From the NCBI GenBank assembly GCA_040285745.1, contig JAUFOR010000008.1, forward strand, positions 744,001 to 808,000: DNA of 64,000 nucleotides, read 5' to 3'. A program made the position numbers and the translations under genes. The notes beneath the pieces are model-generated. The model did no database searches, was not told where the DNA came from, and saw nothing but the letters and a program-made list of their open reading frames with translations. Origin of the DNA: Barthelona sp. PCE (lineage: Eukaryota). Shown in pieces: positions 53,921-64,000 of the stretch (its first letter is position 1; the number at the start of each line of letters is the position of its first letter).

Positions 53921-54580
53921 ATGTCAAGCAAGCTTGTTCCTGTCGAAAAGAGCGATTTACTACTGGGTAATCGATATGTATTTGCATACAATGTGCAAGA
54001 TAGCATTACGTGCTTTGAAGGGTATTTGTACGCTTCAAATGGACAGTACTTCATTTTGGGAGACAAGCCTGTGCGAAAAACATACCCCAAACTGCACCTT
54101 TTGCGCAGTAGGGGTATTGTCTTAATGCTCTGCAGGGAGGACGATATTTTGACTGATTCCCAGCTGACAACGTTCAATATCAACGATCAGAAGTTGGCAG
54201 CGCACCTTGATAAACAAAGATATTTGCGTGAGTTGGAGGATGAATGTGCTCGTTTAAATCAGGATTCAAAGCTAGTGGAGCTGTTCCACCACCTGTGCAT
54301 GTTCTGGACGGACGATATGTTCACTCTCAATCCGCAGACAGGGACAATCACTGATCCTGACGGAAGGACAATTAGTCAACCGTGGAGGAGCATTGAACCG
54401 AACCAGCCACGTATCCAGAAGTCTATTGATAACTTCTGGAAGGGATCAAACGCCCCTTCTGCACAGTTTTTACCACCAAAGAGCGGTGAGTTATTGATGG
54501 AGATACAACCTTTTTTACAACAGATAAGAAGTGGTAGCGCACCCAGGCGCTCTAAGAAGAAGCGCAACAGGCGCAAGTAA
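53921..54580 (+). CDS. LSM12-like protein (Sm fold plus AD domain), tentative
   Basis: FEGYLYA…ILG…LHLLR Sm-like strands; LF..L…W…I…TISQPW resembles the AD domain. Confidence 0.5.
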   Translation: MSSKLVPVEKSDLLLGNRYVFAYNVQDSITCFEGYLYASNGQYFILGDKPVRKTYPKLHLLRSRGIVLMLCREDDILTDSQLTTFNINDQKLAAHLDKQRYLRELEDECARLNQDSKLVELFHHLCMFWTDDMFTLNPQTGTITDPDGRTISQPWRSIEPNQPRIQKSIDNFWKGSNAPSAQFLPPKSGELLMEIQPFLQQIRSGSAPRRSKKKRNRRK

Positions 54581-54602
54581 ACAGTTTCTTTATTTCAAAC
54601 AC

Positions 54603-55571
54603 TCACAGCGCCATTTTTGCAATTCGTGCCATGATTTGGGAGTGATCCGGTTCTGTCTTTGCTGAAGACTCGTGTATTCGGTGGTCTACTCGCTCAAATT
54701 GTATTGTATTTGAAAAAAACGGATGGTTCAGAGCATCAAACGCTGACATTCGCTGCGACGGATAGCAAATCAGATTCTGAAGCAGATCCAAGAGGTCTGG
54801 GGGCGTATACGGCGGCAAAAAGTCGCTTAAGAGGGTGGATTGCTCGTTTGAGAAGGTTATCTTGTCGTAATCAGGGAGATCATTGACCTCACTCGGGGTA
54901 CCTAAAACTTCAATAACTCGATGCAGTTGATCGATGTCAGTGTCACCACTGAACAGTGGCGACCCGCAAAGCATCTCTGCTATGACCACACCGAGACCCC
55001 ACGTGTCTACCTTAAAGTCATACTCAATGCTGCCCCACAAGACTTCGGGAGCTCTGTACCATCTTGTCGCACCGACGTTTGACAGGGGCCTCTCGTCGTC
55101 AGTCGCTAGGTGCCAGTCGGGGTGCACTCTGCTCATTCCGAAGTCAGCGAGCTTGACGGTTCCGTCTTTGGTGATGAGTACATTGCCCGGCTTCACATCT
55201 CTATGCATAACACCAGTCATGTGACACATAACTAGGGCGCATGTTAGCTGAAATGCAATACTCTTAACCATCCCTAAAGATAGTGGAGCTGAGAACGGTG
55301 TCAGCAGCTCCGCCAAAGTGTGGGGGACGTATTCAGTTACGATTATAAGGTCATTGTTGTCAACAAATACGTCAAATACGTCAATGACGTTCATGTGCTG
55401 GACAGCTTTGAGAGTATGAATCTCTCTGAGTAACATCTTTGGGAATTCTGACAAAACAGGAATTGTGATCCGTTTCATTGCTACTACTTGTTCAAACTTG
55501 GAGTCATATGCACGAGAAACAGACCCAAATTGGCCTTCTCCAACGTGTTCTATGTTAGAAAACCTGACCAT
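54603..55571 (-). CDS. CDK20/CCRK-like cyclin-dependent kinase
   Basis: GEGQFG, VAMK, PKMLLREI, MHRDVKPGN, ADFG, ATRWYRAPE and LPDYDKITF (CDK20-like) motifs. Confidence 0.85.
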   Translation of the reverse strand: MVRFSNIEHVGEGQFGSVSRAYDSKFEQVVAMKRITIPVLSEFPKMLLREIHTLKAVQHMNVIDVFDVFVDNNDLIIVTEYVPHTLAELLTPFSAPLSLGMVKSIAFQLTCALVMCHMTGVMHRDVKPGNVLITKDGTVKLADFGMSRVHPDWHLATDDERPLSNVGATRWYRAPEVLWGSIEYDFKVDTWGLGVVIAEMLCGSPLFSGDTDIDQLHRVIEVLGTPSEVNDLPDYDKITFSNEQSTLLSDFLPPYTPPDLLDLLQNLICYPSQRMSAFDALNHPFFSNTIQFERVDHRIHESSAKTEPDHSQIMARIAKMAL

Positions 55572-55720
55572 CAAAAAAACTTGTGTGAACGATAACTAAA
55601 GAGTGCTTAACCAATCATAAACATTGTACAGAGCCAGCAGAAAAATTGTGGACCTGCAACGAAAAGGATAAGAGAGAAGTAGCAGTGTTATTCACTTTTG
55701 CTTCTATTTCATCAATTTGT

Positions 55721-57682
55721 ATGTTGAGCGCGCGGTCAATCAGAGCCGTAACGCCACTACAACGGGGTGAGAACTCAAGCAAACAATCAAACATAGTTAA
55801 TTTTCACGTTTTTGAGCCAATTTCACAGAAAAGGTACAAGATAAGCCTCAAATACGCAGATCTGCCACGATTAGCGATTGGAAAGCTAAAGCGCAATCTT
55901 CAAAAAACATTACGCATGGAGTATAGTTATAATTTATTTTTTGAGGGTCATGTACTTAAGGATGACATGATGGCATCCAGTATTGGGCTTCACGAGGGAG
56001 CTTTACTGATTATTGTGGGTGAAAGCGATAAGCACATTCAGAAAGTTGAGAGCACTCCGTTAACTGAATCGGTAAGGATGTTGAGAAGCGCTGGACCGGC
56101 GAATGATACCATCAGACGGAAGCTGAGCATAAACTCGGTCTCATCCACGGGATCTCAGCTCAGCAGCATACCTTCAATGGCATTACTCGATTCCATGCCC
56201 CGTCGTTTCGCTAATTCTTCTTTTTCATCAAGACTATCGCATTTACTGTCATCCAACGTCAAGCCGATGCGCCGGGTCCCCAAGACCCCATTGTCATATG
56301 GGGACGTTACTGCGCAGACACAGAAATTACGGGAACCAAAGGAAAAGCAGTCTCTAACTCAAAGGGAGCCCACCCCCAGACAGTTTACTCCCCAGAGGAC
56401 GGTGGACGTGCGCCAGGTTCCATTCAAAGAGCACCCGGAGTATAAGAAGTTAATGCGTTCATGGAAGGATGAGAGCACAAAGCTGTTAGAGATTGTTGAT
56501 AAAGAGAAGGCACGTTCTAAGGAAATGCAGGCGGCCCTAATGGCGTCAGAGGCCGAGATAGCCGCTATGACAACACAACAGCAAAAGCTCATTGAGCATG
56601 TCGAGATTATGTCTTCAAGGATTAAGACTTTGCTACCGTACGAGAGGCCGAACCCACACCGGTATGAACTCGATTCACTGCGGAAGGCGTATGAGGACGA
56701 GCGGCGGCGCCGTGTTCAGCTACTTAATAACTTAATGGACGCACGCGGTGCTGTTCGCGTGCTGTTGCGCGTCAGGCCTTGTTTTTCAGATAGCATGTTT
56801 GACATACGCTTGGCTAGCCACGGGGTGCGTGTTGGGGACAGAAACTACCGCTTCAACCATGTTTTTGGGCAAGATACCTCAACTAGAGGTGTGTATGATA
56901 AAGTCGTAGTTGACTTTGTTCAGTCATTTGTTGACGGTAAGAACACTTCTCTTCTAGTATACGGCCAAACATCGTCAGGAAAGACGTACACAATGATGGG
57001 AGAACAGAGGACGCCTGGACTCATCAACTTAACATTATCCACTGTTTTCTCGCAGGTGGAGCGCATTAGTGCAGCACACACGCTTTCAATGGGCGTGGTC
57101 GAGGTGTACAACGGTCGAATGACGGATTTATTATGTGACACTGAAGTTTTCTTGAGACACAACGCTCAAGCAGGGTATTTTGTGCCCCAGGGACTGGTCT
57201 ACCACCCCGTGACATCGCTGTCTTCTGCGGAGAATCTGATTGCGACAGCCCGTGAGAAGAGAGAGACAGCACAGACTTCTTATCACTCAAGGTCAAGCAG
57301 ATCACATTTGATTATATTTGTGGACCTTGTTGTGCGAGGTGATACCACTCAACGATCAACACTTACATTCGTTGATCTTGCGGGAAGCGAACGTGATATC
57401 AAGAGAAGTTCACTATCTGAAAGTGAAAAGAAACGCAAGAGGGAGATGATTGAGATTAACAAGAGTCTCACCTCACTCAGCGACGTTATTACGGCGATTA
57501 AAAAGAACACTAAACACGTACCATATCGAAACAGCGTTCTCACCAAGTTATTGTCACCATGTCTTCATCGAGAATGCAGAACGTTGTTTGTGGGGTGCCT
57601 CTCACCTGATATGCAGAACAAAAGTGAGAGTATGCATACGCTTGAGTTTCTCAATGTGCTTTCCAAAGCACGAACAGTTTAA
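55721..57682 (+). CDS. C-terminal motor kinesin (kinesin-14) with N-terminal ubiquitin-like domain
   Basis: Neck RR..L.N.L.D.RGAVRV..RVRP; YGQTSSGKTYTM, SSRSH, VDLAGSER and HVPYRNS motifs. Confidence 0.9.
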   Translation: MLSARSIRAVTPLQRGENSSKQSNIVNFHVFEPISQKRYKISLKYADLPRLAIGKLKRNLQKTLRMEYSYNLFFEGHVLKDDMMASSIGLHEGALLIIVGESDKHIQKVESTPLTESVRMLRSAGPANDTIRRKLSINSVSSTGSQLSSIPSMALLDSMPRRFANSSFSSRLSHLLSSNVKPMRRVPKTPLSYGDVTAQTQKLREPKEKQSLTQREPTPRQFTPQRTVDVRQVPFKEHPEYKKLMRSWKDESTKLLEIVDKEKARSKEMQAALMASEAEIAAMTTQQQKLIEHVEIMSSRIKTLLPYERPNPHRYELDSLRKAYEDERRRRVQLLNNLMDARGAVRVLLRVRPCFSDSMFDIRLASHGVRVGDRNYRFNHVFGQDTSTRGVYDKVVVDFVQSFVDGKNTSLLVYGQTSSGKTYTMMGEQRTPGLINLTLSTVFSQVERISAAHTLSMGVVEVYNGRMTDLLCDTEVFLRHNAQAGYFVPQGLVYHPVTSLSSAENLIATAREKRETAQTSYHSRSSRSHLIIFVDLVVRGDTTQRSTLTFVDLAGSERDIKRSSLSESEKKRKREMIEINKSLTSLSDVITAIKKNTKHVPYRNSVLTKLLSPCLHRECRTLFVGCLSPDMQNKSESMHTLEFLNVLSKARTV

Positions 57683-57808
57683 TTCTTTATTTTTGAGTGT
57701 TTGCAGTTTTAATTCTTGCTCAAAAGGGCATATGGGCTGCAAATACCGTATTTGTGTCATTATGTGTAAATATTATAATGTTAAAATTTCTTTCATTCTT
57801 TTCTTTCA

Positions 57809-58546
57809 ATGGATATACCTAAATCGCTTCTCCTGAGCGAGCTTGCTGCAGCAGCCGAGGAGCTAATTCCTGGGGAGATTCAGAATGAAGATTCCACCAT
57901 AATGCGCAAAGCTTGGGGTTTATTGAGTTCTATAAATAATTCTGTGTCAAAATGGGTCGTTCCACGCACAACAGCAACAGAACAGCCCAGAAATTCACCA
58001 AAAATTCACCAGGAAAGAATTGAAGAAGAGGTGAGAGTTGTTGATGTTCCTGAACCTGTCACATCTGAATCTATTACTAATGTAGATGTCAACGCTGCCA
58101 TCCTTGAGTCGACACAGTCAAGTATTGTGAGGTTAGAGCGACTTGTCACTGATCTGGATGTTCGTGTGCATGAGCTTGAGACGGAGAAGGTTACTTTGGA
58201 AGCACGTGTCCGTCACTTAGAGGCCCTACTTCAGGCAAGCGACCTCCTCAGGCATCCAGAATCGAAGGAAGAGGGTATTTTTCAGAGAGAGAATCCACTC
58301 GATTGCGATGCTGTTGAATCTTTTACTCCCAAGCCTCCCCGTTTCCGCAAGGTGATAGCACCACTTAGTGATGAGTCAGGCGGAGAACTCAGTCCAGCAG
58401 AATCAAATTTCTCCTTGCATGCACCTGTTTTTCAGACAGATATTCCAGTACTCTCTCCACAAAGCATTCAGAACAGTGATTTTGAGGAATATGATTTGCT
58501 GCAGCGCATCGAACAGAAAATGGCAGAAACGATGATCTCTCTTTAA
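57809..58546 (+). CDS. Coiled-coil hypothetical protein
   Basis: 245-aa ORF with a leucine heptad segment. Confidence 0.65.
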   Translation: MDIPKSLLLSELAAAAEELIPGEIQNEDSTIMRKAWGLLSSINNSVSKWVVPRTTATEQPRNSPKIHQERIEEEVRVVDVPEPVTSESITNVDVNAAILESTQSSIVRLERLVTDLDVRVHELETEKVTLEARVRHLEALLQASDLLRHPESKEEGIFQRENPLDCDAVESFTPKPPRFRKVIAPLSDESGGELSPAESNFSLHAPVFQTDIPVLSPQSIQNSDFEEYDLLQRIEQKMAETMISL

Positions 58547-58552
58547 TTGATT

Positions 58553-60202
58553 TTATGATTGAATAATTGTCAGCGATCCGAATTCTGATTCAAGGATATC
58601 GAAAATTTCTTCGGTAAGATTCTCAGTGATAAACAAGCATGAAATCACACCATTAACACCATCAAGAAATGACCGCAGTTCATCTTCATTGAGACAGTGC
58701 GCTATATTGAAACCCGCAGCAAATGATGGATTAAGGTCACGGTGAATAATGTTCATTTCCGATAAATTTGCACTTATACGACCGTTTCTCTCTGCTTCCA
58801 TAATTCTATACGCAATTTCTACGGAATCTTGCTCAATTGCAACACAGCTACTGTTATCTAGGGAGAGTGAAAAGCTGAGCTCACCCATACCAACGTTGCT
58901 AAGATCGATACGGTGGAAATGCACCGTCTCTCCTGTTATGATCTGCCCGTGGCTTGCGTTGCTTATTTGTATGGGCAGGTTGCCGTGTGCGAAGAGTGCA
59001 AGCGATTCAATAGCGACAACGCAGCCAATGGAGCTCAGTAATTGGGTCTTTGCTTCGGATGTGACGAAAGTGACAATGGGAAGTATAATCATGGCACACA
59101 CAGCCGCAGGCACGTTGACTAATTCAGTTTTAATGCCAAAGAATCGCTGTAATGCGCTCTTTGAGTTCAGTTCGAACCAGTTGTGATGCCGAGCAAGAAC
59201 CCACAGCAGTATGTAAAAAGACCCATGCCAAATGATCAGTAGGGGCTGGTACAATACGGTGACAAGTGAGACAGAGATGGCTAGAGCTCCAAGAGTTATA
59301 AATATAAGTGGTGCTGACACTATGTTCTTCATTGACTGTATGTGACCCCATATGCTATTGTCAGCACTTATCACATTCTCCAAGGGCACATATACGGCGA
59401 GAGCTAGCGCGAATAATTGAGAGAGTACAAAGGGTATAGGAGATTCCCATAAAAAAAGTATGAACAGAATGACTGCAAAAAGGACACCGATAACAGTGAT
59501 TTTCCGCACAGAGAACCTATGTAGGGATACCTTTGTCTCACATAAAGCATGTAACTCACTATTATCTGTAGTTTTCAGAATTGTCTCGAAGGCGTATCCC
59601 CTCAGTGAAAGAAAGGCGTAAAAAAAGATGAATTTCGCTGGGAGTATGGCTAACCCGACGGATGACTGCGCTGAACAATTTGAAAACCACAAAAACGAAT
59701 TGAACAAACTATCACACTTCAGTTTGATCTTCATAATAAAACCAGAAATACTTAATGGAAGTAAGAAGAACACTGTATTGATGGTCTTTATACGTGTTAG
59801 CAAAGATCGATCAAGTGAATATTCACGTGCAATACAGTTGTACAACGGGTTGTCATTAATTTCGTTCAGTTCATTATTGAATTCACGATACATTGCTTCT
59901 AAGGGGGTGCTGAACACGCGGTAGAAGATGTAAGATGCGATGGAAAATATGATAGCAGAAATAATGAGGTATATCCATTCATATGTTGATATAGGAATGG
60001 TTATCGCTCCAATCGTTAGCACAATTCCGTATACCGCAGTAGTACCTTTGAATAGAGCAAACAATACTAACGCAATAAGGAAAACAAACAAAAAAAAAAC
60101 CCAACCAATAACAGATATCCCCAATTTTGCTAGTTCAGCATAACTTTTCGCATAAAACACACACAAATATGCTGTCAGAAAGCGCCTTCTTACATCAATC
60201 AT
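58553..60202 (-). CDS. Multi-pass membrane protein, unknown function
   Basis: About ten hydrophobic segments followed by a soluble C-terminal domain. Confidence 0.7.
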   Translation of the reverse strand: MIDVRRRFLTAYLCVFYAKSYAELAKLGISVIGWVFFLFVFLIALVLFALFKGTTAVYGIVLTIGAITIPISTYEWIYLIISAIIFSIASYIFYRVFSTPLEAMYREFNNELNEINDNPLYNCIAREYSLDRSLLTRIKTINTVFFLLPLSISGFIMKIKLKCDSLFNSFLWFSNCSAQSSVGLAILPAKFIFFYAFLSLRGYAFETILKTTDNSELHALCETKVSLHRFSVRKITVIGVLFAVILFILFLWESPIPFVLSQLFALALAVYVPLENVISADNSIWGHIQSMKNIVSAPLIFITLGALAISVSLVTVLYQPLLIIWHGSFYILLWVLARHHNWFELNSKSALQRFFGIKTELVNVPAAVCAMIILPIVTFVTSEAKTQLLSSIGCVVAIESLALFAHGNLPIQISNASHGQIITGETVHFHRIDLSNVGMGELSFSLSLDNSSCVAIEQDSVEIAYRIMEAERNGRISANLSEMNIIHRDLNPSFAAGFNIAHCLNEDELRSFLDGVNGVISCLFITENLTEEIFDILESEFGSLTIIQS

Positions 60203-60236
60203 ATAGAGAAAAGCTCAAAAATCTGTATAACAATAA

Positions 60237-60821
60237 TCACTGGTTTACTTTAGGTTTATACACCATAACTGTAATAAACTTATTCTCAATTCGATGTGTA
60301 AGTGCGAAAACATCCATATTATGACATGTATTCGTTACTACATGTCTTAACAAAGTGTGGTTCGGCAATGTCATCAATACTGGATCAACTGGATCGCAAC
60401 TTGGGGAATTCAATGGATGCCGCTTTACCGATAACAGGCACATCGGTGGCCTCTTTTTAGGAATAAGCGGCTCTGTGTGAAATGATAGATTCTTTTGCGA
60501 TTTATCTTTTTTCCTTACGCTTAAGAAATTATTTACGTTTCCCATATCATCCTTAACTGTGTTCTCTGATGGGTTGTACCTCCATGTTCCGTTAACGAGG
60601 AATTTGTACTGGTATGTGTTAGGTTTCAAATATATTGTTCGTTTCCACGTCCCATCTTGTTGCAGCACTAGTGGTATCGGCTGCCGCTCCCACTGTGTAA
60701 AGCTGCCAACAAGAAGCACTTCATGAGCGCTTGTACTGTTCCATTCGAAAGTTATAGGAAATTTGTTTTCTCCTTCCTCCAACAGATCAACTCCTGTTAC
60801 TGCAGATGGTGTTGGGCCCAT
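60237..60821 (-). CDS. AMPK/SNF1 beta subunit
   Basis: MG start; CBM48 (V..VGSF..W, YQYKFLVNG.W, GNVNN); ASC end PNH..L.H…THR…KFIT…YKP. Confidence 0.88.
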   Translation of the reverse strand: MGPTPSAVTGVDLLEEGENKFPITFEWNSTSAHEVLLVGSFTQWERQPIPLVLQQDGTWKRTIYLKPNTYQYKFLVNGTWRYNPSENTVKDDMGNVNNFLSVRKKDKSQKNLSFHTEPLIPKKRPPMCLLSVKRHPLNSPSCDPVDPVLMTLPNHTLLRHVVTNTCHNMDVFALTHRIENKFITVMVYKPKVNQ

Positions 60822-61105
60822 TCAATGCTAATTTTCAACGAATAATGCAAAATAAAGCGAATCACCAAATAGAATGAGGAAAATTTGGATTACAGGTTTG
60901 AGTTTAACCATCAAGGCTCTTTGAAGCCAAAAGTTCATCAAATTCCATGTATTGATGTTATATATCGTTAACTTGGGTTGTTTACAAATATTCTGAGGGT
61001 TTGCATCTTACATGTTTGAGTCATTTTCTGATTGAAATTATCATGTGAGAAGGAGTTTTTGTCCACATACAAATCATTGAAAAAAGCTAAATTATTTATT
61101 ATTCA

Positions 61106-61693
61106 CTAAAACTGATCTAGATGACCTTCACGCACAATTTCACTCGTTCCTGCTTCAGCATCAACGACAAAGATGTCAAATTCATGTTTAAGATCAAATT
61201 CATCAGTCCTTGTAGCAAAGTTAACACTTAAAGATCCATCTTCAGAGATGACTTGATGATACACATGATTAAACCATCCCAGAATGGCGGGGCCATCGTG
61301 AATTACGCGTTCCTCACCGTTAACATTCTGGATAATCTGATTAGGGGTGACAGTGTATGAGAAAATCTCTTTTGAGAATTTGGGATTCCACAGGTTGGAT
61401 GTACGACGACCAGAAAAGACCAAGAGCTGATCAATCTGATTGGGGTGCATGTAAAAGGTGTTACATGCATCAATCTTGGTGCCATCACACTTTTCAATAC
61501 AACCAGGGCTCTGGGCATGACCAATATGTTCTACACGGTCAATTCCATCAACATGGAAATTAGGGGTACTTGAGAGGCCACAAAAAGATACAGAATCGGT
61601 CTTACGGAACTCACGCAAAGGAATAACAAAAGAAATTCCAGGTTCTAAGATATAGGTGCCTTGGGGGTATGTTGAGAGATCAATATGGCTCAT
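61106..61693 (-). CDS. RmlC-like cupin, bacterial-looking
   Basis: FYMHPNQ.D.L.V..G.R and W..HVYH…S..GS.SVN cupin motifs; intronless. Confidence 0.65.
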   Translation of the reverse strand: MSHIDLSTYPQGTYILEPGISFVIPLREFRKTDSVSFCGLSSTPNFHVDGIDRVEHIGHAQSPGCIEKCDGTKIDACNTFYMHPNQIDQLLVFSGRRTSNLWNPKFSKEIFSYTVTPNQIIQNVNGEERVIHDGPAILGWFNHVYHQVISEDGSLSVNFATRTDEFDLKHEFDIFVVDAEAGTSEIVREGHLDQF

Positions 61694-61998
61694 TGGTTTG
61701 GGATATTGGATATTATTCGAAAAGGGGGAGGGGGTAGTGGTTAGAAAACAATCTTCAGCTTACTTGATGATGCTTCGGTGTATATGAGTGTCACAGGTTA
61801 GATATGCGCATTCAAGCTCTGGTAACGGATATATACCCGTTGAATCAAACTATATGCGAATAACAATTTTTCATATTTAAAGTCTGGAACAAGCATTATT
61901 TGTCAAGATTTATATGGGTAAATTGTTACATAAAATATGTTTATTGGTTTATTTTTAATGAATTAAGTAGCAAAAAGTATTACACAAAAATTGGATCA

Positions 61999-63078
61999 TT
62001 ATCTTGTTAAATGATCCAGATCTATTCTGGGAACGGATGGTGGCCTCATATGGCGGACAAATACCCTCCTATTTTCAGGATACCGAGGGTCGCGCAGTAT
62101 TTGCGCAAATGCGCCATCATCCTTTTCTAATTCTATGTTTGGATCAATTTCATGCATTTTGTCAAATCTGTTAAGATCGTTTGCAACCTGTTCTGCAAGT
62201 ATTTTCTTTCTTCTGTTCTTTTTCTCGATTTCACCCTTTTCTAGTTTTCTAAACGTCTTCTTTTCCTTTAACCTATCAACGGGGCGGGCATATCTCAGCT
62301 CAGGTGAGACAAGCTGTATACGTAGTTTGTCAATCCTCTTCACCTTCTGCGGTGTGTGAGTCTTCGGTAAATCTATTTCCCTAAATGTTCTTGACATCGT
62401 TCTACACGACACAGGCCGCACAGTTCGCGACGTCTGACTGAGTCTACTTGTCACTCTCGAACTCTGTGGTGATTTAATATAGGCGTGTAAATCTTGTGTT
62501 AATGTGGCGCTTCTCGGTCTGATATGACGCTTACTCAATTTTGGAGACGAAGGTTTTGTGCGGTCTCGAGCACTCTTTACCCTATTGTACTTCTTCTTTT
62601 CAATTTGGTGCCCAATCACAGTTTGTTGAAATTGACGGTGAATGACCTCCTTCCGCTCCCTCTTGGTACGCTCTTCCTCTTCCTCACGAGCATACTCATC
62701 CTCTAAGCGACGCTCTATTTGCTTGATTGCAAAGAGATCGAGATAGTCCTCGTCTCTGTGGAAGTCAGGCTTGATCCCATGGAAGACCCCGGTGGCTCGC
62801 GGCGTTTTAACCTTATTCTCAAGATGTTCATTGGCTTTGGCACGTCTTTTGAAAGATTTTCGTGCTCTCTGTCTGAATTTCTTATTTTCTTTCTGCTTAC
62901 GGCGCTTTGCGTTTTCTATGTCCCTTAATTCTTCTTTACGAATTCGTTCTAAGGACTGTTTGTGTAGTTTGTAATTTTGAAATTGACGATGATATGCCGA
63001 TAACGCATCAAAATTTGCCCACAAAGATTCATCAGACCACAACTCGCGCCAGGTCTTAGGGCGCGGTTTGTCGTTCAT
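61999..63078 (-). CDS. Basic coiled-coil hypothetical protein
   Basis: 359-aa ORF, K/R-rich, with RP.SA/RVKSA motifs. Confidence 0.7.
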   Translation of the reverse strand: MNDKPRPKTWRELWSDESLWANFDALSAYHRQFQNYKLHKQSLERIRKEELRDIENAKRRKQKENKKFRQRARKSFKRRAKANEHLENKVKTPRATGVFHGIKPDFHRDEDYLDLFAIKQIERRLEDEYAREEEEERTKRERKEVIHRQFQQTVIGHQIEKKKYNRVKSARDRTKPSSPKLSKRHIRPRSATLTQDLHAYIKSPQSSRVTSRLSQTSRTVRPVSCRTMSRTFREIDLPKTHTPQKVKRIDKLRIQLVSPELRYARPVDRLKEKKTFRKLEKGEIEKKNRRKKILAEQVANDLNRFDKMHEIDPNIELEKDDGAFAQILRDPRYPENRRVFVRHMRPPSVPRIDLDHLTR

Positions 63079-63200
63079 TGTGAAAAGGGATTATATATCG
63101 TTTGCACTATTTGCCTAATTATTAGGTCGTTGAGTGGCTCTCACTGGAATTTTTTCCCATTGCAACACTATCTTCATGATAATAAGTATATTTTTTTTGA

Positions 63201-64000
63201 TTCAGCTTTCCTACCCTCTTTTTACCGTGCATTTTAAGTAGTTTTTTTTTCTACTGGGTGAAGCATGACCGATCAGTGAAAGAAGAGAGGTTTACATTTG
63301 CAGCAAGTGTAAGAACCCCTAAATCATTGGGGAATTTTCTTGAATTTATCAACTCAAATGATTTTGTGGGTCTGATATTGGGAACTACAGCCGATGCAAC
63401 ACATGTTGAATATTTTATTAGCATATTAGTGCGTCACGCTATTCAATTTAGAAATTCTACAGATTTTGAGGAATTTCGATGGTTTTGCGAAACTTTTCAT
63501 CAAAAGTTATCAGCAAATAGGAGGTATTATTACGCTGCAGTTGCATTAGAAAGGCTAATTTATACATTGGGAGGATTTCAGAGTGATAATAGGGAACCTG
63601 ATCGCTTTCCTCTGTTTAAACTTCTGTTGGAGCACTCATCCATGATGGAACAGCTTTGGACACATATAAATTCAGCAAAGAACAATACAAGTACATCACA
63701 AAGCCAACTTTTTGGTTTTGGCTCGCAGATGGCTTTTGGAAGCTCTCAAATGGATTCAGCAACTACCGACACCGATCGTCTCATACGAGAAGCACATAGA
63801 ATCCTTACTGTTTCAAAGGAAATGTTCAAAGAGCATACATCGTTTGCTATTCCAACTTTGTGTCTTAGCTTTTATGTTGGTTTTTACTTTGGTGAGTGGG
63901 AATATGACGTGTTAGCGCCTCAGATCGAGGTTATTGAGGCCAACGCTTCTTTGTTTCCGTCTTTTTCAAATTTTCTTCCCTTTTATCTTTACTATGATGT
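63201..64000 (+). CDS. Partial ORF running off the window end; start unresolved
   Basis: Frame open from the TGA at 63198-63200 to the end (…KHDRSVKEERFTFAASVR…FLPFYLYYD); first in-frame ATG only at ~63642. Confidence 0.6.

Noticed and set aside
147-63915. Numerous 60-250 aa ORFs overlapping large genes, and TTG/GTG starts in the ORF track
   Set aside because: They are antisense or alternate-frame shadows of real CDSs; in this eukaryote the first suitable ATG or a spliced exon explains the starts.
1-64000. CRISPR array, rRNA, telomeric or tandem satellite repeats
   Set aside because: None seen; all repeats found belong to the two mobile elements.

Overview
Gene-dense, intron-poor eukaryotic DNA from a flagellated protist (CEP19, CDK20-like kinase, kinesins). 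The standard genetic code fits. Short introns have the branch point fixed next to the 3' splice site (CTAAY-N4-AG), which suggests a metamonad-like lineage (inference). Two housekeeping blocks are present. The first (3.8-24 kb) holds RPB1, SHMT, CEP19, lipoate ligase, GCLC, ORMDL, ARF, RPB3, a cyclin, a RUN/Rubicon protein and V-ATPase C. The second (45.4-64 kb) holds Slu7, two kinesins, p24, an LSM12-like protein, a CDK20-like kinase, AMPK beta and a bacterial-type cupin. Between them lies a tRNA-associated accessory region. Highlight 1: a 1217-aa orphan ORF bracketed by ~84-bp imperfect inverted repeats, with a candidate DDE/RNase H-fold core and a near-identical inverted second copy at the window start; this is a putative undescribed DNA transposon. 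Highlight 2: an intact 6.1-kb tyrosine-recombinase retrotransposon with perfect split direct repeats (A1...B1-A2-B2). Its gag-like ORF and its fused RT-RNase H-YR ORF share one frame, separated by a single TGA followed by a hairpin/pseudoknot (candidate stop-codon readthrough). It sits 144 bp upstream of a tRNA gene. All protein calls are by motif recognition; no database searches were run.
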